Origin: Dimorphilus gyrociliatus
Taxonomy: Eukaryota > Animalia > Annelida
Assembly (NCBI GenBank): GCA_904063045.1
Contig: CAJFCJ010000015.1
Coordinates: 186,001-250,000 of the forward strand
Reading direction: 5' to 3'
DNA: 64,000 bases
Part shown: piece by piece, positions 25,457 through 37,749 of the stretch
Position numbering within the stretch: the stretch's first letter is position 1
How the letters are laid out: each line of letters starts with the position of its first letter
The notes under the pieces: generated by a model
Seen by the model: the letters and a program-made list of their open reading frames with translations, nothing else
What the model was told of the DNA's origin: nothing
The model's database searches: none
Made by a program: the position numbers and the translations under genes

Positions 25457-26634
25457 TTTAAAGCGGAAGTAGTATAATGTTATTGCGTTCGTACAAAAAA
25501 AATATTTTGCTACACAAAAGAACAATTGCAATTTGACTTTTTTATTCGTCTTACAAATACACTTGGTAATAAATTATGTATTACGAGAAGGCGCAGTTCA
25601 AAATGGTTCTTTCCTGGATCGTGTGATATTTCTCTGATCAAAGGCTAATATAAGCATTTCCATTGTGCAGAATATAAGAACAATAACGGTAAGTTCTAAA
25701 TATTAGTGTAAATCGATTCTATGCATGTCTAATAAAATTTTTCCCTTAATGCCTAACATTTCTGCGATAGAATCATGCCTTGACTTTTAGCCGATTGTAA
25801 TTTCCTTGAAGCGATGACGTGTTTTAAAATTTTTTTTTACGTTCTGCAGCAAACAACTGATATATTTGAATTAAACATCAGATTTAATACTTCGATCCGT
25901 ATAAGGAAAAGGCATTTTTGTAGAATTTCCTAGGCCTATTTAATGCTAAGCTTTCCAGATGGCGCTGTTATTCGCTCTGATCTAAATTAAATTTTGATTA
26001 CTATACTTTTCTTGCTAAGAAAAGAAGTCCATTTAAATAATTTTGTAATAAAACGCTAAATACCTTTAATCTATTTAAATAGAATACCATTAAAAATTAT
26101 AGCTATGATTAAAGCGTTCATCTTATTATATTCATTCCCTTCTTGTTTTGATAGAATCACTTACGTTATAAATTCTATTTAGAGAATTTTATTTGATCAA
26201 AGTTCACCTTATAAAAAGAATATTGTTACTTTATTAAGACAGAGTTTACATGTTTGTTTTGTAAATACGATTCAATTTTATAAAACGATAGCATATATAT
26301 ATATATATATAATTTATATTAGTATATTAATATATATACTGTATATAGAATAACGTATGTGATGCTTCCATATGTGACAGGACGATAAATAATGATACCC
26401 TTAGCTTTTTAATCAACATAATATAGATCTCTTATACTTTTTCGTTACTGATTTTATTCATTAGCTTCTTGAATTATTTATAGTAAAAATAATAAAGATT
26501 TCCTCCCAAACATTTATTATCTTACCATCATCCTCCCTATGCTTTTATTAATTTTATTATTATTACCTAATTGTTCACTTATTCTCTCTTTCTCTCTCTT
26601 GCTTTACAGTTAAAAACGAATATCAATTTAAATT

Positions 26635-29600
26635 ATGGCAGATAATATTGTGTCATCAGTTTTGAATGGTGTATCATATTTCTTCGATGCGTTAACATAC
26701 ATTCCATACAAAATTAGTAGTGGTTCACAAGTTTCCGAACGCTTACGACGCTCTGAGGAAATTCGGGTGAGTAAATAAAACTTATTTACTTAACAAGATA
26801 AGCCTATTTATTACTACTTATTATTAATTTATATGTCATTAATAAACCAATTAATTTACATATATTAGCTAAAATACTATAATTTATTGCACATTATACA
26901 TTTTTATTGTTATATATTGTATTTTATTTGCTTAATAGGCTAAGCAATTAGATCCTAGTGAACCTCTTTCTCCTTGGCGTCATATAAACAACTTGGACAG
27001 CTTATGCGAATCTCCTTTTCCTGATTGCTATACAATTTGTGATTTATTCAATCGGTCTCTTAAACTTAACACGAATAGACCATGCTTTGGTACAAGACCA
27101 GTTTTGTCTCTAAGCGAAGAAAAGCAACCTGATGGAAAAGTCTTTCAGAAGATGATTTTAGGCGATTATGAATGGCAAACCTATCAGGAAGTCGATGTCA
27201 GAATTGATAATGTTGGGAGGGGATTAACAAAACTGAATCAGCAGCCCAAATCTAGGATTTTAATATTCGCGGAGACTAGAGCCGACTGGGCAGTTTGTAT
27301 GCACGCCTGTTTTAGGTATAATTTTCCTATTGTTACGTTATACGCTACTCTGGGAGAAGAAGCTATAATTCATGGAATAACTGAAAGTGAAGTTACTCAT
27401 GTTATCACATCTGCTGAATTATTGCCAAAATTTAAGGTAAGTTCTATCTGTTTCTATCTATTTTTAATTCTCAATTTATTTTCGTTCTTTTCCATTCTCC
27501 TTTCTCCCCTCTACTCAACAATCTAGTCATTAATGTCCAGGATACCAAAAGTCACCAATATTATTTATATGGACGGTAATAAGCCACTTAAGGGTTTTAC
27601 ATTACCTGGTAACGTAAAAATTACACCATTAAGTGAAGTTGAAAGTATTGGCTCTTCACCTATTCAAAATTTCAACAAAAGCGAACCAAAACCCCACGAT
27701 ATTGCTGTAATTATGTATACAAGCGGCTCTACTGGTGTACCGAAAGGAGTTTTGATATCACACTATAATATATTATGCGCAGTTGCTGGACTATCTGAAA
27801 GAATTTTCCACCTTGGGTATGTTTTTCTTATTATGATATTCTATGCATTTTCTACTACACAGATCATTACATTTATCAATTTCTTTTATCAATTGAAAAA
27901 TTAGATTAAGTTGAAAGTTTTCCAAAGAATTAATTCATTAGTTTTCTTTCTTTTATTTTCAACATTCTTCTCATTGGAGATAATCCAAAGGAAAAAATGT
28001 ATAAATATAAAAGCTAAAATTAAAGAAAGAAACCTTCTACTTTTCAAAACAAAAACAAAATAAAATAAAAATAATGACAAACGATAAAAAGAAATTTTTC
28101 ATTCAATTATTTGTTTAAGCGAGGAGCTAAAGAATAATAGAAGGGTTAAAAGGTGAGGTTGCTTCAAAGCCCAATTTCATTAAATTCACTTGTATATTAT
28201 AGGCCGATGCTTCATTGTGTATAAATACCTGTTGCATCATGTTAAAGTATAAGTAGGCTAAATTGGAAAGACTGAGAAGTAATTGATACCATGTTTATCA
28301 AAAATTGGTGGAAATGGGTTGAAAAACAAACAATCAATTATATAGTGACAAAAGGAAAAAGGAGCCATCCCAATATTACTACCTCTTTGGCTAAATTGTT
28401 TTCTTTCGGGTCTTGTTAGAATACAAAGTATAGAAAAAAAATTCATTAGATTTCCGCTGTCTTTTTCTCTCTCTCTTTCTCTTCGTCTCGTTCTCGGTCT
28501 CTCTATGTCTATCATTCTGTCAAGCAAAGCTGTTCGTATGCTCGCATGTGAAAGAAATAAAGTTGCTATTGACAAGAAGAAAAAAACCAAATACTAGAAA
28601 AAACCCTCTTTTAAGCTTAAAGAATGCGTTTTCGCTTATCCAAACTTGGCCAGAATAACATAAATATATTGATTATCATATTTGTATAATCTCTTATTAC
28701 AAAACGTCTATTTTAATTGAAAACAGTGAAGAAGACGTCTACATTGCCTATCTTCCTCTTGCTCATATTTTGGAACTAACCTGTGAAATATCACTGATTG
28801 CTTATGGAGCATCTCTGGGTTTTGGATCACCATTAACCTTGACTGACAAGTCACCTAAAATAAAATCGGGTTCAAAAGGTGATTTGGCAGCACTTCGCCC
28901 AACATTGATGGCTGGTGTACCCCTTGTGCTAGACCGCCTGTTTAAGTTGGTTTGGGAAAATGTAAATGGCGGTGGTTTCGCTAAAAGGGTTCTATTCAAG
29001 TTTCTCCTCTCATACAAGAGGCGCCATTATAGCAGCGGTTCAAAGACTCCGCTTTGCGACGCTCTAATATTTAAAAAATTGAATTCTATATTGGGTGGTC
29101 GTCTAAGAATGATTGCTTCTGGAGGAGCTCCTCTTTCAGCGGAAACCCAAAATTTCATAACTCTTGCCTTCTGCTTTCCTTTGGGTCAAGGATACGGTTT
29201 AACTGAAACTTGCGGAGCAGCTAGTCTCTGTGAACTATCTAGAGATTTATCTGCCGGCCATGTGGGTCCAGCACTTAGGAGCTGTGAATTACGATTAAGA
29301 GATTGGACGGAAGGTGGTTACACAGTTCTAGACAAACCTTTTCCTCGAGGAGAAGTGCTAGTCGGAGGAGGAAATGTTGCTCTCGGCTATTTTAAGAATG
29401 AGGAAAAAACCGCTGAAGATTTCATTACCCTAAACGGCATTAGATACTTTTGTACAGGAGATATTGGCGAAATTGATGGTCACGGAAGATTAAGAATTAT
29501 AGATAGGAAGAAAGATCTTGTTAAATTGCAAGCCGGAGAATATATCTCTTTGGGAAAGGTAGAAACCTTGCTTAAGTTATCGCCTGTTATTGATAACATA

Positions 29601-30075
29601 TGCGTATACGCTGACTCTTATAAAGATTTTGCTGGTAATTCTTTACTTAATCCCCTAACTGTAAAGTCTTGCGACTAATTATTCTTTATTATTTCCTAGT
29701 TGCTCTTATCGTACCAAATCATAAAGCCTTGGAGAATTTGGGTCAAAAATTGAATAAAACATTCAATAATTATACTGATCTAATCAATGACGATGACGTT
29801 TTGAAAAGCGTCAGGGATGAAATTGGAAAACAAGCTAAATCTTGTAAGTAGATTGTTTATCATCCGTTTTTAGACGCCTTTAAATAAACTAATCATCTGT
29901 TTTTGTCTTTTTCAAATTAGCCAAGCTATTACGTACGGAAACTCCTCAGCGGATTACCTTAGTCAAAGAAGTTTGGTTACCAGAAACTGGATTGGTTACG
30001 GCAGCAATGAAGTTAAAGAGAAGAGAAATAGAAAAATTCTATAGTGCCGATTTAGAAAGGATGTATAACGAATAG
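26635..30075 (+). CDS. ACSL3/4: Long-chain fatty-acyl-CoA ligase of the ACSL3/4 family, multi-exon
   Basis: AMP-binding YTSGSTGVPKGVLISH, GQGYGLTET, TGDIGE...LRIIDRKKDLVKLQAGEYISLGKVE and C-terminal WLPETGLVTAAMKLKR...MYNE*. The ATG exon is preceded by a splice acceptor, implying a 5' UTR intron. Confidence 0.93.
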
Positions 30076-30711
30076 GTCACTTTTTCCTCATCACAACTAG
30101 TCTTCTTAGAATATAGTCAATTACTAGAAACTTTTTAATCGCAAAAAAACAAAGCTCTTATCTATCTCAATAAATTAGTCTCTTCTTTTCTTTTTATATA
30201 TCTATACAGTATATGTTTGTTATAAATGTTAATGAAGTATCACAGAATTTTCCTTTCCCTTTTTAATTTTTTTTTTTAAAAAAAAAGGAAGGCAAATAAA
30301 AATTCAACTATTTTTTTTCTGTTTTATTACCTTTGTGTTTTCTTTTGCCTTTTTTTTTAAAAAAAAAAATACTATAATTATTATTACAAATGAAACTTTA
30401 TATAAGCATTCTTATTTTAATAAAACTTGTGAATAAAATATAATGATTCATTAACTATTTATTATAATTAAATTTAACCATATAATGATAATTAGACACC
30501 AAAGAGAAAATAAATTTGTATTACAAAACAAATACGAAAACAAAAAAAATAATAAGTAATACTAATAAGTTACATTTGTACACCAATTCTTGTAATAAGG
30601 TGGTATTACAATATTAAATATACAGTATATTTAAAGATTGTACTTGTATGTTTTATTTTTAAAACACATGTATTGTACATGAAAAGCAAATGTATATAAA
30701 TCAGTATGCTT

Positions 30712-33700
30712 TTAAGACAAATAGAACGAAAATTGACCTTCATTTATAGCCACCGTTACTTTTTCGCGCATAATATCAATAGTTGAATAGTTAGGTAATT
30801 TTAGGTAATTAGCACACGTCATAACAGAGGGAAGATACTTATCGGGGCTTTCGTAAACGACCTTCTCCACAAATGTGAGCGGTGGAGAAAGTGATCTGAA
30901 ACCTCCGAATGGTAATCTTGGACTACCTGTTACGAACTGAAGGAAAGCTCTTTGTTGTACAAGATCAAAAGTTGTCAAAATTTCTATAAGATTTTGAACA
31001 GCTGGTGAATTATGTGTATAACCATGGTCCGCTTTGGTGCATTCATTCAACATCTTAGAACTCCAGGGAGCGTATTGATCACCGCAAAACAGAGATTCTA
31101 ATTCATTCGGATAAAATAATCTTAAATTTGACACTGGTAATATTATGTTTAAATTGTGCCTTAATGCATTCATTTGTCTACTGACTCCTCTTCTCAGCGT
31201 CCAATCAACAACGAGGTTCAAATATTCAGATATGTTTGAAGAATCTAATATTATATGTTGACCATTGGGCTTGAGTTCAATATTCTCATAACCTGGGAGT
31301 GTAAAATCAACTTCCAATTTCCGGAGGTCTTTTGGATCCATATTTTTTAATTTTGAACAACTATCAGCTAAATCAGGATCGAGATATTTTAAATCTTCAA
31401 AAGTCAACTCATTCTCCATTCCCAATAGCCATTTATAAAATACAGAGGAGAATGGCAAATCTATTATTTTATGGTCGGCCAAAGATTTACCAAGAAACTT
31501 TCCGATAAATTCGAAGAGATCATCAGGTTCGTCATCCTCTCCTATAGGAGATGGAAATAGGCTTTGACTAGGCCGCCAAATAGATTCAATCTTCCGTAAA
31601 TCATTACTAACTAAAGAGAAAAACTCAAGAGTAGGACCAAGCCCAGTTCCCACCTCTTCCTGGAATTCGATGTCCAGTGAAATGGAAGAATTGGAATTTT
31701 CAATGATGATCTTTTTCGCTTCGTCTAAAATTCTGTTACGATCAACAATTTGCTTGACCTTAGAGGAACGCTGAGATTTCGTTTCAAAAGATAACAAATA
31801 GAACAAAGATTTTCGGAGATCAAAGGGTAAAACAAAGGGGAACGACGATGAAATCTTTAATAGCCATGACGGCAGTTGTTCACTATCTGACAAAACATAA
31901 CGAACTGAGGAAGTTAATTTGGAAGAGAGGAACAAATAATTCGGAACAATTCCTGTTTTGCAGACGTGTGTCCATATAGAGTAAAGAACAATAGGTATCT
32001 TGTCAGCTTTCACAATTACGTCTATAGACTTTCTATAGCGGATCTAATTAAGTAAAAAAAATAAACAGAGTTTTAGAAACATTAACGTGCAATTAGTTAA
32101 AAATAATTTCTAAGAAGCGCCCCCTAGCCAGACGAAATTGTTTGATATTTTATTCAAAAGGTTCTAATTAACTTTTCGGAGTTGAATCGTAGGAAAACGG
32201 ACTTGGATTTTTTCAGAATGTCCAATAGATAATATAAATATTATTAATTATTCAAATAAAATCATCTAACAATAAGGTTAAAACTATTCTGTCTCTTTTT
32301 TTATATTTAACAGCACACATCTTAATTTCTCCTATTAATTCCCTCTCATTTACTATTTTACTCAATTTATTTATTTATTTATCTATCTATCTATCTGTCT
32401 GTCTGTTTGTCTGTTTGTCTGTCTATGTTCTTCATTTAGAAAAAAACTGATCCAATTAAAAAGTGCACTATTCTCGTTATAGAAAATTCTTTTTATAAGG
32501 TAATTATATTATATTTTTAGTAAAGTTACCTGGTGAGTCTTTGTGAAGATTTCGTCCTGGGGTAGAGCATCAAATAATGTTAAATGAGTTGGAAGGACAC
32601 GATCATCGTGTAAGAATTCGATAGTCGGTCGTTCGAATAAGGCAATAGGCTTGGCAGTTACATGATTCGAAGTATTCCTGAAGATAAACCTTTCCAAAGA
32701 ACGAGCAGTCGCTGAACACTCAACAGTCACTTTTCCTTTAAAAGATTCTGTATCTTTATCGATAGGAATCAACTCAATTCTTATGTTCTGACGTGAAAGA
32801 GATCGAATTTCATCAGACTTTGAACGTTCTATGACCAATTTACGATAAAAGCATTCATTGAGACTAGAAATTAAAGAGGAGAGTTTGTCAAAATTAAAGA
32901 TTCTTAAGAAAATCGATAACCCGTTATCAGTAGTTGGTGAACAAAAGAAATCTGCCAATTTTTCGATAAGATCACTTTTTTCTATCTCAAACGGTGTAGC
33001 ATCGTTCTTGTGTATCATATCTGAAATCTCTTCTAAATTCCACCTTTCCACCGCTCTGCATAGATTATTTAAAACGAGATTTTGAGGGGGATTATAAAAG
33101 AATCCTGTAACAATCGAATTAGTTTGCTTAGCAATCCAATCGTTCATTTTTGAGTCTTGATCCTCTATATCCATTTCCACTGGTTCTTCTCTAGGCGTTT
33201 TATTCTTGTGCCAACGGCTAGGGTAGAGTGTTGACAGAAACTTTTTCTTCTTTTCATTAATTGGAACCTTTGGTTTATTATTTGGCTTTGGATGTCTAAT
33301 AGGGGTTCGCCGTAAACTTGATAAGCAAAATAGAACTCCTTCCCTAACAAGTTCTTCTTTGAAATCGGTTGCTGCTTTATCAAGCAGACATTGGCAAATC
33401 TATAAATTGCATATTACTTTATTTTGATAAATCTTTCAACAATAACATTTGTTTTTGTATACAGTATACTATATATATATACAGTATATATAGAAAGAGA
33501 CCGAACGAAACTTACCTGAATAGCTTCTATATTGCATTTAACTGATTTTCTTGCCAACATGATTGACAACCGTCTACATATTCCAGTACCTTTGACAACT
33601 TCGGATAATAATTGTGCCGAAGCGTAAAAGACCATTTTAAGCATCAGCTCGGAGCATTTCTCCTCTAGTCTTCTACAGAAAGTCGTAACAGATAAAAGAT

Positions 33701-36072
33701 AAATGCAGGGAAATAATGTCCTTATAAAATCAGAGTATAGACTGTCATTTTCATATATTAAATCAGCTTTAAATCTCTTTGCTGTCGATTCCTCTTCCTT
33801 GTTGCGTTTTGGACTAACTGAAGAATTTCTTATAGGTCTTTTTGTACCGCTTTCGTCATTTGTTTGGATTTTCCTGACTAGGTCGATTGTATATGATTTG
33901 CCATAGATCGTGACTGTTAAAACTTCTTCGCCAACTCCGCTTCCGGCGTTAATACAGTCGTTCTCTTTTTTTGAATAGGGTCTCCAGCTTCCATCGTCAT
34001 CTTGCCAATGCCACGACCAAAAGTTAGCATCAGAAGAAAGACATTCGTTTATAGCGAATAAGCCTTGTCGAGGAACTTCCGGTAAAAGTTTGTCAATAAG
34101 TGACAACACGAGAAGAATTTGCTGGGGCGATCTTTGGCGGTTCTTGGAGGTTAATTGTTGCTTTATGGTTTTATGTATGTCATGACGTAGGAGTTTTACT
34201 GCCAATTGTGTGCTGATTGAGGTTAAAATCGAGAAGGTTTTAAAAACGTCCTCGAAGACCATTTGAGATTCGTTCGTTAATGCCAATTGAAAATTCAATA
34301 GGAAACTGTCCGTCGCAATTTCGTTTAACAATTTTTCGTCATTTTTGACGTTCTGGACTAGATGGGTAAAACATTCCACAGAATATTCAACGCATTTAGG
34401 ATCGTGTTCCGGGTTTAACCTAAACAAATTTAGTGCGGGAAGGGCACAGAGCGGTGAGAGGGGGAAAGAAAAAAAACAGAAATGTATTACAGGCCTAAAT
34501 CATTAATAATATCCCTCGCCCGTTCCCTATTTTGTTTTGTTTAAAATATTCTCTCACCTGGCTGAGAGTAATGGTAGAGATGAGCTTACTGTATTCCATT
34601 GAGCTGAGTAAACATTAGAGCAACAATTGGAGACGATCTTCATGATCCTTCTCTGAGTGTGCAGGGGGAAGAAGTCAATGTAATTTAAGACATCTATAGT
34701 ACCGTAATCGACCAACTTTCGACCATATTTCACAGATAGATCGTCTAGGGTTTTGATTATCTGTTCGGCAACGTCAGCGCAATTAACTGTATAAAGCTTT
34801 TCCAGTAGCATAGGAACAGCTTCGACCACACTAGACGAAGAAGAAGGTAATGCCTCTAGACTATACGAAAGGATTCGGCAAGCATGATTAATTATTTCGA
34901 AGTTGGTTTGATTGGATTTTAAAAACTCGATAAGTCGGACTATGATCTTTCGGACGGTGATGGTCGATAGGTTCTCTTCGTTCCCCATAGCTATCATCTG
35001 TACAAAAAAAAATGAGTCATCGATTTTTTTTCTCTTTCTCTTCCCTACTTCTACTGCGTTACACAACAAGGGCGTAATATAGTATTTTAACTATAATACG
35101 ATTTTTTTCACCCGTGATCTTTGTAATACCTATAGTTTCTATTTATAAATTATGTTGCACAAGTGAATACAATATAAACAAAAAAAAAATAACAACACAA
35201 TTTCATGTTTAGGCAAAAAAAAAAATAGATAAAATACAAAGTAGGACTGAGAATATATATATTTTCAAAAAAATATAGGCCTACTGAAGGTCAATAAGAA
35301 CAGAACAAAGAGAGAAGAAAGATATATCAGTTAGACCTTTACCAAGAAACATGCTTACTGCCTCTTCTACTTTGCAGGTGCAGTTAACATAAGACAGGAA
35401 AACTTATTATTGAAATAAATAACAGCTTGTAAAAATGCACGAAATATACAATATATCGCTTAAAAAGAAAAAAAAACCGTCAGCTGATAGAGAAATTATT
35501 GAACATCTAAATATCCAAGTATTTTTTTAAATGCCGTGTTTTTTAACTAAAAAATCTAGTGTTTTACTGTTAGATTTCAAGTTTTAAAAACAAAATAGAA
35601 CACTTAGAAAAAAAAGGTTTTTATTGATAACAGAAAACGATACATCTCTCCCGGACTAAGCTAGATAAAGACTTGTTTATTTATTCTAACAAAGACGTGG
35701 AATACTATTTTATATAAGAATCTAACGCACTTTATTCCTTTCTTTTGTAAATTACATTTTATAGGTAAAATAGCGAATGGAAAATTTTTTTCTCCAATAT
35801 GCTGATGATATAAAAATAAGGGCATGTAAAAACATGATGGTCTTCGCTTTACTCATTAGTGATTATTACGCAACACCTCGTCAGTCATTAGATTACTAAT
35901 CAATTACATATATTATACACGTGCAAAATAAGGAATTAGCTCTAAAATATTATAGATTTCGCAATACCTGACATATTTGCATTAAGCTGCACATTTGTTT
36001 ACTCTCGTCTTCTTCTGATAATTCAGACAACAAAGAGTCCAAATCGCTCTCCTCTAGACGGGAGCACGCCAT
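30712..36072 (-). CDS. TRIP12: TRIP12/Ufd4-family HECT E3 ligase (ARM + WWE + HECT), 1216 aa, 5 exons (36072-35968, 34997-34558, 34419-33516, 33399-32530, 32043-30712)
   Basis: ARM start MQICQ|MIAMGNEENL...NHACRILSYSLEALP; WWE WHWQDDDGSWRPY...YTIDL; HECT EVGTGLGPTLEFF, FLQFVTGSPRLP, LPSVMTCANYLKLP with the catalytic Cys, and terminal SFYLS*. Confidence 0.85.
32379..32425. repeat. Compound (CTAT)n/(CTGT)n tetranucleotide repeat in a TRIP12-like intron
   Basis: Direct read. Confidence 0.75.
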
Positions 36073-36208
36073 TTTGAAAAATTTCTTAACGAATCAGGTA
36101 GTAAAATCAATCTTCTAATTTTTTCCAGTCTTTTAAAACCGTGTCGATTGTCGCACAAAGAAATATTGAGTTCTACGTCGACCAACTGTTAGAAAGAAAA
36201 CAATAGCC

Positions 36209-36280
36209 TGCGCATGCGTATTAGCAATTCCACGTGATTAGAATTCAGTCATGTGATTTATTTTGTTACCAAATATGGCG
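36209..36280. promoter_or_regulatory. Motif cluster upstream of TRIP12-like: NRF1-type, E-box, M-box and YY1-type sites
   Basis: TGCGCATGCGTA (36209-36220), CACGTG (36231-36236), AGTCATGTGA (36247-36256) and ATGGCG near 36274. Confidence 0.5.
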
Positions 36281-37749
36281 ATTGTAAACAAGCGAAAATT
36301 TTTATTCTGCTGTTGACATTTTTGTTAAATCTTATGTAGAATAAATTTTCGAAATATATTACAAGTATAACACGATTAATCACTTAAATTCTCCACAAAT
36401 TCAGTCCATTAATGCCCTCTGGTATTAAACATTAATAGAATATATTTTCCGCCGAAAGCAAGATACATTGTTGCATTTGATCAACGTCCCTTATCTTTTA
36501 CCTTGAACTACGGTCCATCATTTAAAACTAGAATATACATGCGTATTTAACTCCTATATATTAAAAAATTTCAACTACTAACACACTTGTTAAGTATATT
36601 TTTCCAAGAAAAGATATTTTGACCCTTCCGCGAACGTTTATATCTACTTTGTACTTTTAGGAAGGGGTTGTTTACCGATATGTCAGTTACTACGCAATGT
36701 TTTTTTTCATGTGCGCTCATACTACCATAAGTGTACATGAACGTTTAAGCCTACTATTGTATAGGACCCAAATATGGAAACTATAATCGTTTGACCTCAG
36801 TGGCTGACTGCCAAATCAATTGCGAAATAAACGCATAGGGTAATTCTTTTCATATGGGCAATGTGGACATAATCGTTAAATCGATAATTAAAAAAATAGA
36901 CGCTAGATTATATTAATAAGTAGTAATACACAGAATAACAAATAATAATTGATATTATATATAAAAAAGCCTTTAAATAGCATTTTTATGTGAAAAATGG
37001 GGGGAGAAATTCTTTTTAAGTAAAATTTGAGAATTTTTTCAGATTTAACAAACATGAAACAATGATAATAGCTTTTTTGAAAAACACACATAATTATATA
37101 CAGAATTTGAAAGAAAATCGATTGAATGGGTCATTTTTAAAGCTAGGGCATTCTAAACTGAACTGCAACATCTGCCATATTTTTATTTGAAGTCCCCTAT
37201 AAAAATTAGCATGAGTCCACATGTTTACGATTCAAATGCCTATCGTAATAATAAAATATAGGACTATTGAGTATATATTGGACTAAGATACTTATTGTAA
37301 AGGTTAATTGGGGAAGTATATTTCTCACTAAACAAAAAAGAGTTACTGTAATATCTCTATTGTCTTGTGTTCTTTACTTAATTTGTTCTCTATTCAAAAG
37401 AACGTTCTTCCATATTGAAAGAATGAGAAGGTTGAAAAGAAAGTTTTAATAAATTCAAAAAACAGCAAAATCAATTGATTTGTTCTAAAATTATTGCAAC
37501 ATGCAATTCATCTTTTAAAAAATAATAGAAATAATAGCTTTAATAAAATTGGTTAGCGAAACTAGACGCTGAAATAATAGCGCCAAAAAATAACACCGAG
37601 TTCTATTATTTAACGACATAATAGACGGGTTCCCATTCCCCACCTATAACATTATCCAATCATAATCGAGAGAATACGTACCGGTTGTTTCAAATTTGAA
37701 CGGTCGGGCGCCATTTTAGTAGTATTCGATTCATTTTGGTCCTTGTGAC

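Noticed and set aside
28542-28554. 13-nt match (TCGCATGTGAAAG) to the tRNA-Ala anticodon arm in an ACSL intron
   Set aside because: No A/B boxes or acceptor stem; probably chance rather than a tRNA-derived SINE.
28258-28590. Antisense track ORF in the ACSL intron
   Set aside because: Driven by CT/AG-rich simple sequence; no recognisable protein.
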